Below, in pieces: positions 9,411 through 20,400 of a DNA stretch of 64,000 nt. The notes under the pieces are model-generated. The model did not search any database. It was not told the DNA's origin and saw nothing but the letters and a program-made list of their open reading frames with translations. Within the stretch, counting starts at the first letter, position 1. Each line of letters starts with the position of its first letter. A program made the position numbers and the translations under genes. The stretch comes from an uncultured delta proteobacterium (lineage in GTDB: Bacteria; Desulfobacterota; Binatia; UBA9968), in contig CAVWLW010000027.1 of assembly GCA_963755715.1 (NCBI GenBank), positions 192,001 to 256,000 on the forward strand, given 5' to 3'.

Positions 9411-9480
9411 GGAATGTTGGAGTGACGGAGTGTAATGCTCTGGAACCAACACTCCAGTACTCCAATACTCCATCACTCCA
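9411..9480. repeat. Inverted pair of short octamer tandem arrays (xxxACTCC / GGAGTxxx)
   Basis: ggaatgtt-ggagtgac-ggagtgta ... aacactcc-agtactcc-aatactcc-atcactcc. Confidence 0.75.
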
Positions 9481-9865
9481 GCTCTTTCGGTTTCTTGTAC
9501 CGCGCCTTCGGCACGATCTCGGCCACCGTACCGCCGGGAGCGCGAAACTTGATCGGAATCACTCCGGGATCGCTGATGATCTCGCAGCCGAATTTTTGCA
9601 ATTGAGCGGCCGAATCCTTCATGTCGTCGACCTCGATGGCAAAGTGATGGATGCAGGGGCCCAATCCCGACGCGCGCGCTTCGGCCGAATCCTCGCTGTC
9701 ATACTTGATCAGCGCCAGATCGATCGTGCCGTCGGTCAGATGGCGCGAGGTGTGATCTCTCACCTGGCCGGTTTCCATCTCCACGAAGCCAAAACCCTTT
9801 TCGTAAAACTCGGTGGCTTTTTCCAGATCATCGACCTTGAGCGCGATGTGAACGATTCGGGCCAT
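9473..9865 (-). CDS. VOC/glyoxalase family protein
   Basis: IVHIALKVDDLEKATEFY, IHHFAIEVDD, FRAPGGTVAEI. Confidence 0.9.
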   Translation of the reverse strand: MARIVHIALKVDDLEKATEFYEKGFGFVEMETGQVRDHTSRHLTDGTIDLALIKYDSEDSAEARASGLGPCIHHFAIEVDDMKDSAAQLQKFGCEIISDPGVIPIKFRAPGGTVAEIVPKARYKKPKELE

Positions 9866-9966
9866 GGTCCCTCCTTGCTTCGCTTGAGGTCTAACACAGT
9901 GAAGAGAAGCGATTCAACCCACCGCTATCGAGGACGACTCCCGGAGGCAAAGTTCTGCCTCGGACG

Positions 9967-11133
9967 TTAATATTTACCCAGCCTGGCTAATCTTTCAGAC
10001 GCAGCCGCGAGGGTTTCGTCCTTTTTGCAGACCGCGAATCGCGCGAAGTGTTGGCCCAGATGCTTGTCCGATTCCTGATAAAACGGACTGGCCGGAACGC
10101 AGGCGACACCGACTTCGCGAATCAACCAATGCGCGAATTGAAAGTCATCCGTCACGCGCGCCGGCGCGACGCCGCGCCAGTCGACCATGACGAAGTAACT
10201 CCCTCGCGGCTGAAAAACTTTGAAACCTGCGTTTTGAAGCGCATGGAGCACCCGGTTTCGCCGCGCTTGATAACTCGCTCGCAGATTGTCGAAAAATTGA
10301 GTCGGCAAGCAGAGTGCTGTGGCGGCGGCTGCCTGCAGCGGCGAAGCGACGGCGTAGGTAATGAATTGGTGCGCCTGATTCACTGAGTTGACCAAAGCCG
10401 CTGGTCCAACGGCCCAACCGATTTTCCAGCCCGTGACGCTGAAAGTTTTCCCCAAGCTACTGATCGTAACGGTGCGGTCTTCCATACCGGGCAGCGTCGC
10501 GAGTCGTGTATGAACCGCGTCGTCGTAAAGAATGTGCTCGTACACTTCGTCGGTGATCGCGATCACGTCGTGTTTCTGACACAGATCGGCAATCACCCGA
10601 AGCTCCTCGCGCGCATAGACTTTGCCGGTCGGGTTATGCGGCGTGTTGACGATGATCGCTCGCGTATGCGCGTTGAAAGCCCTCGCCAGCTCATCCGGAT
10701 CGAAAGTCCAATTTTCCCCGCGCAACGGAACGTAGCGCGGCGTTACGCCGGCCATGACCATGTTCGGCACATAGGTGTCATAAACCGGCTCGAACACAAT
10801 CACTTCATCGCCCGGATCAGTGAGACCGAGGACCGCCGCAAATACACCTTCGGTCGCGCCGCTGGTTACCAGAACATCGGTTTCGGCGTTGAGCTTTTGG
10901 CCGTAGAAGCGTTCGGCATGCTGCGCAATCGCTTCGCGCACAGTGGCCATGCCGATGCCGGGGGCGTATTGATTCAGCGCGCTGTTTACGGCCTTGACCG
11001 CGGCGGCGAGAACTTCCGGCGGACCATCGAAGTCCGGCGCGCCTTGGCCGAGATTTACCGCGTTGTGTTGTCGCGCCAAATCATTGATCTCGACAAAAAC
11101 CGTCGTGCCAAATCCGGCGACGCGCTGGGACAT
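9967..11133 (-). CDS. PLP-dependent class I/II aminotransferase (YbdL/kynurenine aminotransferase-like)
   Basis: NLGQGAPDF, NTPHNPTGKV, DEVYEH, SSLGKTFSVTGWKIG, RFAVCK. Confidence 0.92.
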   Translation of the reverse strand: MSQRVAGFGTTVFVEINDLARQHNAVNLGQGAPDFDGPPEVLAAAVKAVNSALNQYAPGIGMATVREAIAQHAERFYGQKLNAETDVLVTSGATEGVFAAVLGLTDPGDEVIVFEPVYDTYVPNMVMAGVTPRYVPLRGENWTFDPDELARAFNAHTRAIIVNTPHNPTGKVYAREELRVIADLCQKHDVIAITDEVYEHILYDDAVHTRLATLPGMEDRTVTISSLGKTFSVTGWKIGWAVGPAALVNSVNQAHQFITYAVASPLQAAAATALCLPTQFFDNLRASYQARRNRVLHALQNAGFKVFQPRGSYFVMVDWRGVAPARVTDDFQFAHWLIREVGVACVPASPFYQESDKHLGQHFARFAVCKKDETLAAASERLARLGKY

Positions 11134-11326
11134 CAATGAAATCTCCGGGTCATCTCCATTAAAGCTTCTTCATCGGAATAATCATGATCGCGCCTGTGTT
11201 TCAACAGTTCATTGTATGGTGTTTCGTGAGGGGTGCCCATGACTCACGCCTCGCTCATCCCTGGACATTTTCGCCAGGTTTCAATATCAAAGACAGTAAC
11301 AGACCATCCCTGAAGGAGTAATTCTC

Positions 11327-12824
11327 ATGGCTCAAACAAATGCATTTAATGTTGTCGAAGCAACCATCGAAGACATACACACCGGTTATAAATCCGGCAA
11401 GCTCACCTGTCATCAGCTCGTGCAAATGTATCTCGACCGCATCGAAGCCTTCGACAAGAAAGGCCCGAACATCAACGCACTCATCACGATCAATGCCGAC
11501 GCGCTCAAAGAAGCCGACCGCCTCGACGCGGCATATAAGGCATCCGGCCCCATTGGTCCGCTGCACGGCATTCCGGTGATCGTGAAAGATCAGGCCGATG
11601 TCAAAGGCATGCCGACGACCTTGGGCTCGCTGTTATTCAAAGATTACTTTCCCGATCGTGACTCCTTCGTCGCGGAAAAGTTGCGCAAGGCCGGCGCAGT
11701 GATTCTCGGCAAAGCCACGCTCGGCGAATTGGGCGGCGGCGACACGCATGGCTCGCTTTTCGGCTCGACAAGAAATCCTTACGACATCGAGCGTACCGTC
11801 GGCGGATCCTCGGGTGGCTCCGCGGCATCGGTGTCGGCGAATTTCTCGACGGTCGCCGTCGGCCAGGAAGGTTTGGCATCGATCCGCCGACCGTCGACGT
11901 GGAACGGCATTGCCGGCATGCGTCCTTCCGCCGGTTTGGTCAGCCGCGGCGGCGTGTACGGCTGCTGGCCGGAGATCTTCGGCTCCCTCGGCCCGATGGC
12001 GCGAAGCGTCACAGATTTGGCCAAACTTCTCGACGTCATGGCCGGCTACGATCCGGAAGATCCCATTACGGCGCGTAGCGTCGGCCATATTCCGGAAACG
12101 TTTACAAAATTTCTCGATAAGAACGGCCTCAAAGGCGCGCGCCTGGGCATTTTGCGCGAATCGATCGGCCTCAACGCCGAACCAGAATCGGCAGACTTCA
12201 AAAAGGTAAGTGAAGTTTTTGACAAAGCCATCAGCGAGTTGAAAGCCGCGGGCGCTGAGCATCGTCGATCCCATCGTCATTCCGAAGATCAAAGAGCTGC
12301 TCGCCAAACGCTCCGGCGGTCCGGGAGACACGGACGAGTCGTTTAAAAACTACTACGGCCGCAGCGCCAATCCGCCGTTCAAGACGCCGCAGGAAGTCAT
12401 CGCCGCGCCTGACTTCGCCAAAGTCGTCAAACGATCGCAAGACCGTTTCAAAAGGCAGCCCGACGCAGCGAAACACTACGAAAGTCTTAAAGCGCAAGAC
12501 GAGCTGATGACGAATTTGTTAAAAGTGATGGCCGATCACAAGCTCGACGCCATCGTGCACAAGGCCGTCGAGCACCAACCAACCTTGATCAAGGACGGCA
12601 TCGCGCCGCCCTTCACCGACCAAAAAGGCGCGCCGCATCTGAATACGTTTTTAGTCTATACGCCGACGATCGTGGTTCCCGCGGGCTTCACGCGCGACAA
12701 TCTACCGGCAGGCGTCTGCTTTATCGGCCGTCCCTACGACGACGGCAATCTGATCAAGTTCGCCTACGCTTACGAACAGGCGACCCATCATCGCAAGCCG
12801 CCGGCGAGCACGACGGGACTGTGA
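11327..12824 (+). CDS. Amidase signature family protein (frameshift near 12260)
   Basis: GPLHGIPVIVKD, GGSSGGSA, ASIRRP; C-terminus VPAGF..LPAGVCFIG...AYAYEQ in ORF 12507-12824. Confidence 0.9.
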
Positions 12825-12858
12825 TCTGTCCGTCGTTCGCTTGGTGAAAAACTTTTCT

Positions 12859-12934
12859 TCAGGGCGGGACGTAACCCGCCCTGAGAGCATCAGTTCCCAT
12901 TCGTTGGCGCTGAGCTGCGCGGCCGGCTCAGCGC
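12859..12934. terminator. Two hairpins between the convergent amidase and SBP genes
   Basis: TCAGGGCGGG-acgtaa-CCCGCCCTGA and GCGCTGAGCTG...CGGCTCAGCGC. Confidence 0.5.
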
Positions 12935-12953
12935 TCAGAAACACATTGATTTC

Positions 12954-13916
12954 TTACTTGCCGAGCGTTTTTAGAAACCCTTCCCGATCCAGCTCTTCGA
13001 GCAGGGAATTTTCGTAAAAATCCTCGATCTTGCGGTTGGTCGGCTTGTCGGTCGGTAGTCCTGCCTGGATCGTCGCCGCGTCGGACAGCGGCATGACGGG
13101 ACTGTTTTTGACAAAGTAATTATAGGATTGCGCCAGCACGTCGGCGTTGGCGAGCTTGGAATACTTTTGCAATACCTGAATGGCAAAATTTTTATTTTGC
13201 CGGTGAACGTTCAGCCCGTCGATGAGCGCCATGAGAAACCGCTTGGCTATCGGTCTGTTTTGAGTCAGGGAGGTGCGCCGCGATGCGATCACCGAGGTGG
13301 GATACGTGATCTTCAACGCGCCGAGATCGGCCAGCAAATTGAGACCGCGCCCGGTCGCGGCAAAGAGTCCCGGCGGCGCCAGCATCGTTGCTTGCGCCGA
13401 GCCGGATTCCAGCGCGGCGATGCGCACGGGGTCCGGCCCCGCCTGCAAAAAAGATACGTTGCGCGCGCCGACACCCAGTCGATCGAGCGCGATTCGAGCA
13501 GCGGTCTCCTCGATGCCGCCGAGGCGCGCGACCACGAATATCTTACCTTTGAGATCCGCCGGCGCATGAATGTTCTTGCCCGACACCATGCCATAGGGCA
13601 TCAGCCCGTACGCCGTGGCCAAAATCACGATATCGGCGCCCTGCACGGTCGCTTGGAGTGGCGATGCGCCGCCGAGATAGGTAAATCCGATCTCGTTTGC
13701 CATCACCGACTGAATGTTGGTCAGGCCGCCTGAGATCAGCAGCATTTCAGCCGACAAACCGTATTTTTTATAGAGCCCGGCCTCGTAAGTAATCCAGAAC
13801 GGCAAGTTTTGACCTGATAGTCCCGAATAACTGACGCGCACCGCTTGAGCATAGCTCAACGACGGAAAGTAAGAGAGCGCAGCTAGAAAAATAAAAATAA
13901 CCCACCGTAGAAACAC
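12954..13916 (-). CDS. ABC transporter substrate-binding protein, NitT/TauT (SsuA/NMT1) family
   Basis: Signal peptide ending SYA-Q, GLYKKYGL, DLKGK, C-terminal 'LLEELDREGFL'. Confidence 0.85.
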   Translation of the reverse strand: MFLRWVIFIFLAALSYFPSLSYAQAVRVSYSGLSGQNLPFWITYEAGLYKKYGLSAEMLLISGGLTNIQSVMANEIGFTYLGGASPLQATVQGADIVILATAYGLMPYGMVSGKNIHAPADLKGKIFVVARLGGIEETAARIALDRLGVGARNVSFLQAGPDPVRIAALESGSAQATMLAPPGLFAATGRGLNLLADLGALKITYPTSVIASRRTSLTQNRPIAKRFLMALIDGLNVHRQNKNFAIQVLQKYSKLANADVLAQSYNYFVKNSPVMPLSDAATIQAGLPTDKPTNRKIEDFYENSLLEELDREGFLKTLGK

Positions 13917-13950
13917 CGATCCTCCTTTTTGCGCGCCCGTAGAATGGCGC

Positions 13951-14999
13951 TTATTGTAATTTAAAGATATTTTGAAAAAGTTTTTCGTAATGCTCCCAGC
14001 GCTCGCCCAGCGATTCGTCGACGGAAATCATTTGCACTTTGGCGTTCCTGATCTTTGCCATGAACGCGGATTTCACATCGGTACGCCCCGAAGGTTTGAC
14101 GAATTGTTCTTCGAGCAAGGTCTCCTGCACGTCTCTCGATAATACGTGGTTCAAATAAAGCTTGGCGGCGTTGGGATGGGGCGCGTTCGCCGCAATGCCA
14201 ATCGTGACGACGTCGACGACCGTCGGATCGAGAGCAACCCATTCGATCGGCGCGCCGCGCCGCTTGGTGAGCTCCACGCGCGGACCGTTCAGCGAAACCG
14301 CGCCTGCGTGTTCGCCGGCGGCGACCAGTTGAGTGATTAAAGTATTGCCGTTGAGTATTTTCAGGTTTTGCCCGGCCAGACGGCGCATGAAGGCGAGGCC
14401 TTTGTCTTCGCCCCAGTGGCGCAGCAGCGTCGCGAACCACTCGATGGCGGTTTGCTCGAACGCGAGCTGTCCGTTCCAGCGCGGCTCCAAAAGATCGCCG
14501 TAGGCCTTGGGCGCGGCGGTCGAGGCAATCAGCCGGGTATTATATGCGGTCACTTCTGGATTGACGTAGAACGCGGTCCAAAAGCCGTTGCGGTCTTTGA
14601 ACGCTGGATCGAAGCGGGCTCTTTCCGGTGATTCGTAATTCATGATCAGGCTGCGCTGGATGAGCGCCGTCATATTGAGCCGGCTGATACCGATCACGTC
14701 GACCAAAGGCCGTCCGGCGCGCGCTTCGGTCATCACTCTTGCGGTGATCCGCTCGCTGGCGCCGGGACGAGTCAGCGACACTTCGACAAATGGGTATTTT
14801 TCTCGAAAATGATTGACGATGCGCGAGTGATCCGGCACGGCTAGGAGCGAATAAATAACCAGCCGCCCTTCCTTGCGCGCGCCTTCGACGAGCGCCGACG
14901 ACTCCGCCGCGCAAGCAAGGGAACTGTGATTGATCGCGCAGAGCACAACCAGCAGCGAAATAAGGCCGCCGGCGCGGCGCGCTCGATTTTTGTTTGCAT
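13951..14999 (-). CDS. ABC transporter substrate-binding protein, Fe3+/thiamine/polyamine-like; start uncertain
   Basis: GARKEGRLVIY, AYNT, PKAYGDLLEPRW, APHPNAAKLY; probable ATG at 14999 with a frameshift in the signal peptide. Confidence 0.82.
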
Positions 15000-15052
15000 C
15001 ACGGTTTGCGTCAATCGCTCTTTGAACGTGAAAGAATTCGCCGGCTACGCGA

Positions 15053-16517
15053 TTATTCCGTTCTTTGGACGGTGAGAGAGAAGTCGCCCTTGCGGATATG
15101 GACGTGCCCCAGTTTCTTTTTGCCAAGCTCTTCGACCAGACGCACAAGCGGCTTGCGCGCGAGATATTCCTTCCTCGGCGGCGCGCCTTTTAGAGCATCG
15201 ACAAACTCGGGACCCGCGTAGAAGCGTAGCAGCAATTCTTCGTCCGACAAATGTGGTCCGCCGTATTGTTTGCGCACTTCTTCGAGCGCCGGCTCCGGGT
15301 ACTCGATTTTTTCAATCTCTCGGGCGCGCGGACGATCGAGAATTTTCGCCTTAACGGCTGAATCCATATGATCGCTGCCTTCTTTGCCCCAGAGACCGAG
15401 CGCATATTGAATCACTGGATCCGTGACTTCTTTATATCGCTCGCCCAGAATTACGTTGATCGCCGCTTGGCTGCCGACAAACTGCGCGAACGGCGTCACC
15501 ATGATCGGATAGCCGAGCTCGGCGCGCACCTGCGCGGTTTCTTCCAGCACTTCTTGCAACTTTTCCTCTTTGCCCATCAGCTTGAGCTGATGGCGCAGGT
15601 TCGAAATCATACCGCCCGGCACCTGATGGCCGTACCAGGCTTGATCGAATTCGCGCGGGGCGCCCACCGGCAAGCCCTCGCGCTTGGCAATCCACGAGAA
15701 GTGCTCGCGCACCGGCGGCAGCGCGTCGAGATTCACCAATGGCTTATATCCTAACGCGCGCAGGTTGCCGACGACATTGAACACGGAAGGTTGCGACGAG
15801 CCGTTGGCGAGCGGCGGTATCGCGGTATGAACGATGCGCACGCCTTCTTTCACCGCTTCGAGCAGATTGAAAGGCGCCAAGCCCATTGTTGCAGTGGGCA
15901 TGGAACTCAAGCGGCGTGTCGCCGATATTTTGTTTGATGAGTCTTACCAAATCGCGCGTGCGGTCCGGCGTTAACATGCCGCCGACGTCTTTGAAGCACA
16001 GCCGATACGGCTTCAGTGCCGCCGCGTCGCGCGCTTTTTGCGCGTAATACTCGTCGGTGTGGCGCGGCGAGATCGAGTAGATCAGGTTCATCACCGTTTC
16101 CATGCCGAGCTTTTTAAGTTCTTTCGCTTCTTTTCCCAAAGCTTCGAAGTCATTCCAAGCGTTGGAAGTGCGGGTCAGATCGATGCCGTACTTGGCAACG
16201 GTTTGAATCACCAACCGGCGGATGCACTCCGGAATGAACTCAAAGCCGCTGTGCAACCCGCCGTGATAGCGCAGGCGAGTTTTTTTGATCTCTTTGGTTC
16301 CAAGCCGCAGCCAATCCCACGGATCTTCTTTGTGCTCGCGAACGAATTTTTTGAAACGCAAGCTCAAGAAAAACTCCATGGAATCGAAGCCCGCCTCGTC
16401 CATGTGGCGCAACGCCGGCAGCATCATGCCGGTGGTCATGCCATAGGCCCAAAGGCTGATATCGCCATCGCGCAGAGTCGTATCGACGATTCGGATTTCG
16501 TCCACGGCTTGATTCAC
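15053..16517 (-). CDS. Carboxyltransferase of the pyruvate carboxylase B/oxaloacetate decarboxylase alpha family, no biotinyl domain (frameshift near 15890)
   Basis: DTTLRDG, EDPWDWL, KDVGG, HAH, HQVPGGMISNL, GYPIMVTPFAQFVGSQA. Confidence 0.87.
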
Positions 16518-16538
16518 CTCGACGTCTTCATCTGACGT

Positions 16539-17901
16539 TCACAACGCAGGTTGAATGTCGACCAGATTCATGAGCGCACCGATGTGCTGAGCATCTTTTA
16601 CGCGCCACCAACTTTCCAGCGCAGTGCGGCTGCGATCTTTGCCCAGTGCCGGTTCCGCCAACGCCATAAATTTTTCTTCGATGTGGTGGTCTTGCATCGG
16701 ATTGTCGGGATGGCCCAATGGATTTTCCACTTCGACGAAATGCCGGGCGCCGTCCTGCGTCGTCGCAACCACTCGAATCAAGACTTTTGCCGGCAGCAGA
16801 GCTTCGATGGCATCGTCCGGAATCACTTTGATCTTTTGCATCAACGGCCGCAGCGCCGGATCTCGAACGGCTTCGTCGTTGAATGAAGAAACGCGAATCG
16901 GTCCGTCGACGAGCGCTCGGGCAAAAATATACGGCAAGCTGTGATCCGCCGTTTCGCGCGTCTTGGGATCCCATTTTTCCGGCTCACTGCCGATTTCGAA
17001 CCAGGTAAACTTCGAGGTAAAGACTTCGATCTCTCTTAACTCGTCTGCTTTGGTTTTCGCACGCAGCTCCAGCGCCGCCCACACCGCAGCTTGACCATTA
17101 GTTTCGATGGGCCAGTATTTGAGTTGAACCCGCGGCGTCAGATAGACGCCACCTTCGTCAGGGAAACGGCGCCAAATCGAACGGGCCGGTGACCTTTTCC
17201 CAAAGTCCATTGCGGCCCTCAAACGCGCTGCCGGGCCCGCTCATGCCTTCGGCCGCGAGCAATGCGGCAAAAAGTCCATTGCGCGCGGCGTATGCCGTCG
17301 CGACATTTTTCCACGGCGTAAGCTCGCCCGAGCGCGTAACCCGCAACGGCAGATTGGAAGTTGCGGCGATGCCAACCGCGTGCGCGGTCACATCGGCGGA
17401 AAGTTTCAGCAGGTTACAAACTCCCGCCGCGGTCGCGATGCCGATGGCGTAGCCTTGATCCCAACCGCGCCGGCTGAGCGTCGTGGCATCACTCAGACGC
17501 GCAAAAATCTCGTAAACCACGATCATGCTGGCGAGCAAACTTTTCCCGTCCACTTGCATGCTGCCCGCCAACGCGAGCAGTGCGCCCAGGCAATCGCTCG
17601 GATGCCCTCCCGGATAACGATCGTTGAAATCAAAATTGCGAATCATCGCGGTGTTAATGAACGCCGCGGACTCCGCAGGTAAATTATCGCCGAAGCAAAG
17701 CACGCGACCTGCATATTTGCCGGGAGCCTGCCCGCTTGCCAGCCTCCGACCGATCTGCGCGGGCTCGCAGTCGAAGGCTCCGAGCGCACAGCCGATCGAA
17801 TCTATCAGCCGCTGGGTCGCGGCGTGCGCCGCTTCCGCGGTTAAATGGTCGAACCTCGTAGAAGCGGCGTAATTGGCGATCTTGTCAGTGACTGCATCCA
17901 T
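16539..17901 (-). CDS. MmgE/PrpD family protein (2-methylcitrate dehydratase-like; frameshift near 17170)
   Basis: IRNFDFND, GHPSD, WK, FEGRNG, ETADHSLPY, PLGHPDNPM. Confidence 0.9.
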
Positions 17902-17958
17902 GAATTAAACCCAAGGCCGCTGCCGATAACTTGAAACTCCCGAGCTCAACGACTGTGC

Positions 17959-19026
17959 TTACAGTGGCGGCGCCTTGACGACCGTCGATGCATCGATGCT
18001 GGCGACAGTCGGCCGGCCGCATTTGGCCATGGTAATTTCGATTTCCTCGCGCAGAATATCGAAAACACGGATAACGCCTTTTTCGCCGTCGACGGCGAGT
18101 CCCCAAAAAAGTGGCCGGCCGATGAAGACGGCTTTGGCCCCCAAGGCGATTGCCTTGACGACATCGGCGCCGCGCCGCACACCGCCATCGAGGTAGATTT
18201 CCAGCTTACCCTTGGCCGCCGCCACAGCCTCGGCAAGCACTTCGATGGTCGCCAAGGTGTTGTCCAAATGGCGCCCGCCGTGATTGGAAACTATGACGCC
18301 ATCAGCGCCGACTTCGGCGCAAAGCTCGACGTCCTCGCCGGTCAATACGCCCTTGGCGATAACGGGAAGTTCCGTGGCGGACTTGATCCAGGCTAAATCG
18401 TTCCAGGTCGCGGCGGGGTCGGATCCTTCTCCGGCCCTGCCTGCGGGTCTCGGCGTCTCCGCATTCGTCTTTGGATAGTTAACACCGCGCGTCCTGCGAT
18501 AATTATTGCGGATGTTGCGCTCGCGCTTGGGCGGCCATTGCGAATCCAAGGTGACGATGATCGCCTCATATCCCGCTTCCTTGGCACGGTCGAGCCACTC
18601 CTGAGTCATTTCCTTATCGCGGAAGGGATACATCTGGACCCATAAGTGTCCGCGCGCGGCTTTTGCCAGTTCTTCAAAAGACGTATTCGAATTGGCGCTG
18701 ACGGCCATGATACTGCCGCACGCCGCTGCGGCGCGATAGGTGGCGAGCTCGCCGTCGGGATGGGCGCGCTTGTGTCCACCGCAAGGCGCGATCAAAACCG
18801 GCAAGCTCACTTTGGTGCCAAGCACCGTGGTCGACAGATCCAATGCGCTCACGTCGCGCAGCACGCGCGGGCGCAGCGCCCAAGAGGCAAACGCGCGGTG
18901 ATTCCGATCGACGCTGATCTCGTCCGTGGCGCCGCCGGCGATGTAGTCATATTCTTCTTTCGGCAAACGCTCTTTGGCGAATTGCTCGAATTCAAAAAGA
19001 TTGATCGGTTGTGGTAGCGCGGTCAT
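17959..19026 (-). CDS. FMN-dependent alpha-hydroxy-acid oxidase/dehydrogenase
   Basis: YIAGGA, LRPRVLRDVS, VSNHGGRHLD, DGGVRRGADVVKAIALGA, GRP. Confidence 0.93.
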   Translation of the reverse strand: MTALPQPINLFEFEQFAKERLPKEEYDYIAGGATDEISVDRNHRAFASWALRPRVLRDVSALDLSTTVLGTKVSLPVLIAPCGGHKRAHPDGELATYRAAAACGSIMAVSANSNTSFEELAKAARGHLWVQMYPFRDKEMTQEWLDRAKEAGYEAIIVTLDSQWPPKRERNIRNNYRRTRGVNYPKTNAETPRPAGRAGEGSDPAATWNDLAWIKSATELPVIAKGVLTGEDVELCAEVGADGVIVSNHGGRHLDNTLATIEVLAEAVAAAKGKLEIYLDGGVRRGADVVKAIALGAKAVFIGRPLFWGLAVDGEKGVIRVFDILREEIEITMAKCGRPTVASIDASTVVKAPPL

Positions 19027-19264
19027 TCTTCCTCCGTAAATTGAGTCGATCTGAAGAAATCGAGGCGAGATAAATCCATGCAGATAAATTTCGCCCTCGA
19101 TCCAAATACCGGCCTCGTCATGTCATATCTTTTCTTGCGCCGAGCGTCCACATCTGTCAAACGTACGGCGGTATTTTGACTCAGAAATCGAGAGCTAGTT
19201 TTTTTACTCGATGCTGGAATCCGCAGTCGATTTAGGATCGGGAGATGTCACTGATGGTCTTTAA

Positions 19265-19303
19265 ACGACAAAGCCCAGCGAGGAGCAATCCCTCGCTGGG
19301 CTT
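19265..19303 (-). terminator. Rho-independent terminator of the CsgG-like gene
   Basis: 13-bp stem AAGCCCAGCGAGG/CCTCGCTGGGCTT followed by a T-rich tail on the minus strand. Confidence 0.7.
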
Positions 19304-19333
19304 GAGTCGATGCCGTTAGATTCTTATTTAAGT

Positions 19334-20263
19334 CTAATAGGGCGGTTTAGTCGGCGCAGGTTTTGCCGCGGGCTTAGGTGCCGGTTTTGCTGCCGGCTTG
19401 GCTGCTGGCGCCGCCGCCGCGGCCGGCGTCAAAGCCTGCGATGCAGGCGTCGTTCCACCCTGGACGCCTAAGCCGCCGCCGGTGCCGAGACCACCCTTGA
19501 CCTCTTGAGCTTTGTAATTTCGCACGGACTGAACCAGCCGGTTATAAGCATCTGCAAACGCGCCGGCAAGGACCTTGCCTTCCGGAGTGTTAGTGTATCC
19601 TCCGAGTCCTCCCCCGCCCCCCGAACCGAAGCCGGCGCTGAAGAGATTGAAATCGGTATTCGACGCAGCTCCTTCGGCAGAAGCCAGTTGCACGCCCGAT
19701 CGATTATCCACCAAGGTAAGCGTGGTGGATGCTTCGCTGGTTCTAAGACCGCCCGCGAGTGCACCGAACGCTCCGGCGTAGGGAATTCCACCTAATGCGC
19801 CTCCCAGACCTTTGGTATCCCGTTGGCTGAACGTGATCATCGGATTGAGCGAATAATCCGCAGCCACGACCTGCCCTTGCCCGAAATTACTTCCCTCGCG
19901 TAGCTCGCCGCTTTGTTGGAGGGCCCGCTCGCCCTGCATCTGACCGAAGGCTCGGCCGCGCTCGACGACAACGAAGCAGTTGGACTGCTGCACCAGCAAG
20001 CGAATGAGCGGAACCGTCGAGGTGAGCTTGTACTCCCGAGTGAGTCGATAGTACCAGGGCGACGTCTGGTCTTCGATGACAGCCAAAGTTCCAAGCGATT
20101 GATCGCAGCGCTCCAGCTTGGCATTGGCGTTTTGTGAGGTTGCGCCGCCCGCCGATCCCGTCACTGGCGTTCTGGCGGAGTCGTCACCCATCTGGACGCC
20201 GCAACCTGTCAGCAAGGCCAAAACAAGCATGCCGTACAATGATTTAATGATGGCCGATTTCAT
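19334..20263 (-). CDS. CsgG/HfaB family outer-membrane lipoprotein
   Basis: Lipobox LLTG-C; QQSNCFVVVERG, LVDNRSGVQLASAEG, YTNTPEGK; Ala/Lys/Pro-rich tail. Confidence 0.82.
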   Translation of the reverse strand: MKSAIIKSLYGMLVLALLTGCGVQMGDDSARTPVTGSAGGATSQNANAKLERCDQSLGTLAVIEDQTSPWYYRLTREYKLTSTVPLIRLLVQQSNCFVVVERGRAFGQMQGERALQQSGELREGSNFGQGQVVAADYSLNPMITFSQRDTKGLGGALGGIPYAGAFGALAGGLRTSEASTTLTLVDNRSGVQLASAEGAASNTDFNLFSAGFGSGGGGGLGGYTNTPEGKVLAGAFADAYNRLVQSVRNYKAQEVKGGLGTGGGLGVQGGTTPASQALTPAAAAAPAAKPAAKPAPKPAAKPAPTKPPY

Positions 20264-20400
20264 TATTTCCTCCCCGTTGCTGATCTATGTAGTGTTTGGG
20301 ATGCATAATCGGGGGAGGTTTTACCTTTTTTTACGCTATCACGTCAATACCCTCACAAAACGATCAATTTTTACCAGCCAGCTTACCTAAAAAGGGGTCT

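Noticed and set aside
19334-20263. Curli biogenesis locus
   Set aside because: No csgA/B/E/F homologs nearby.
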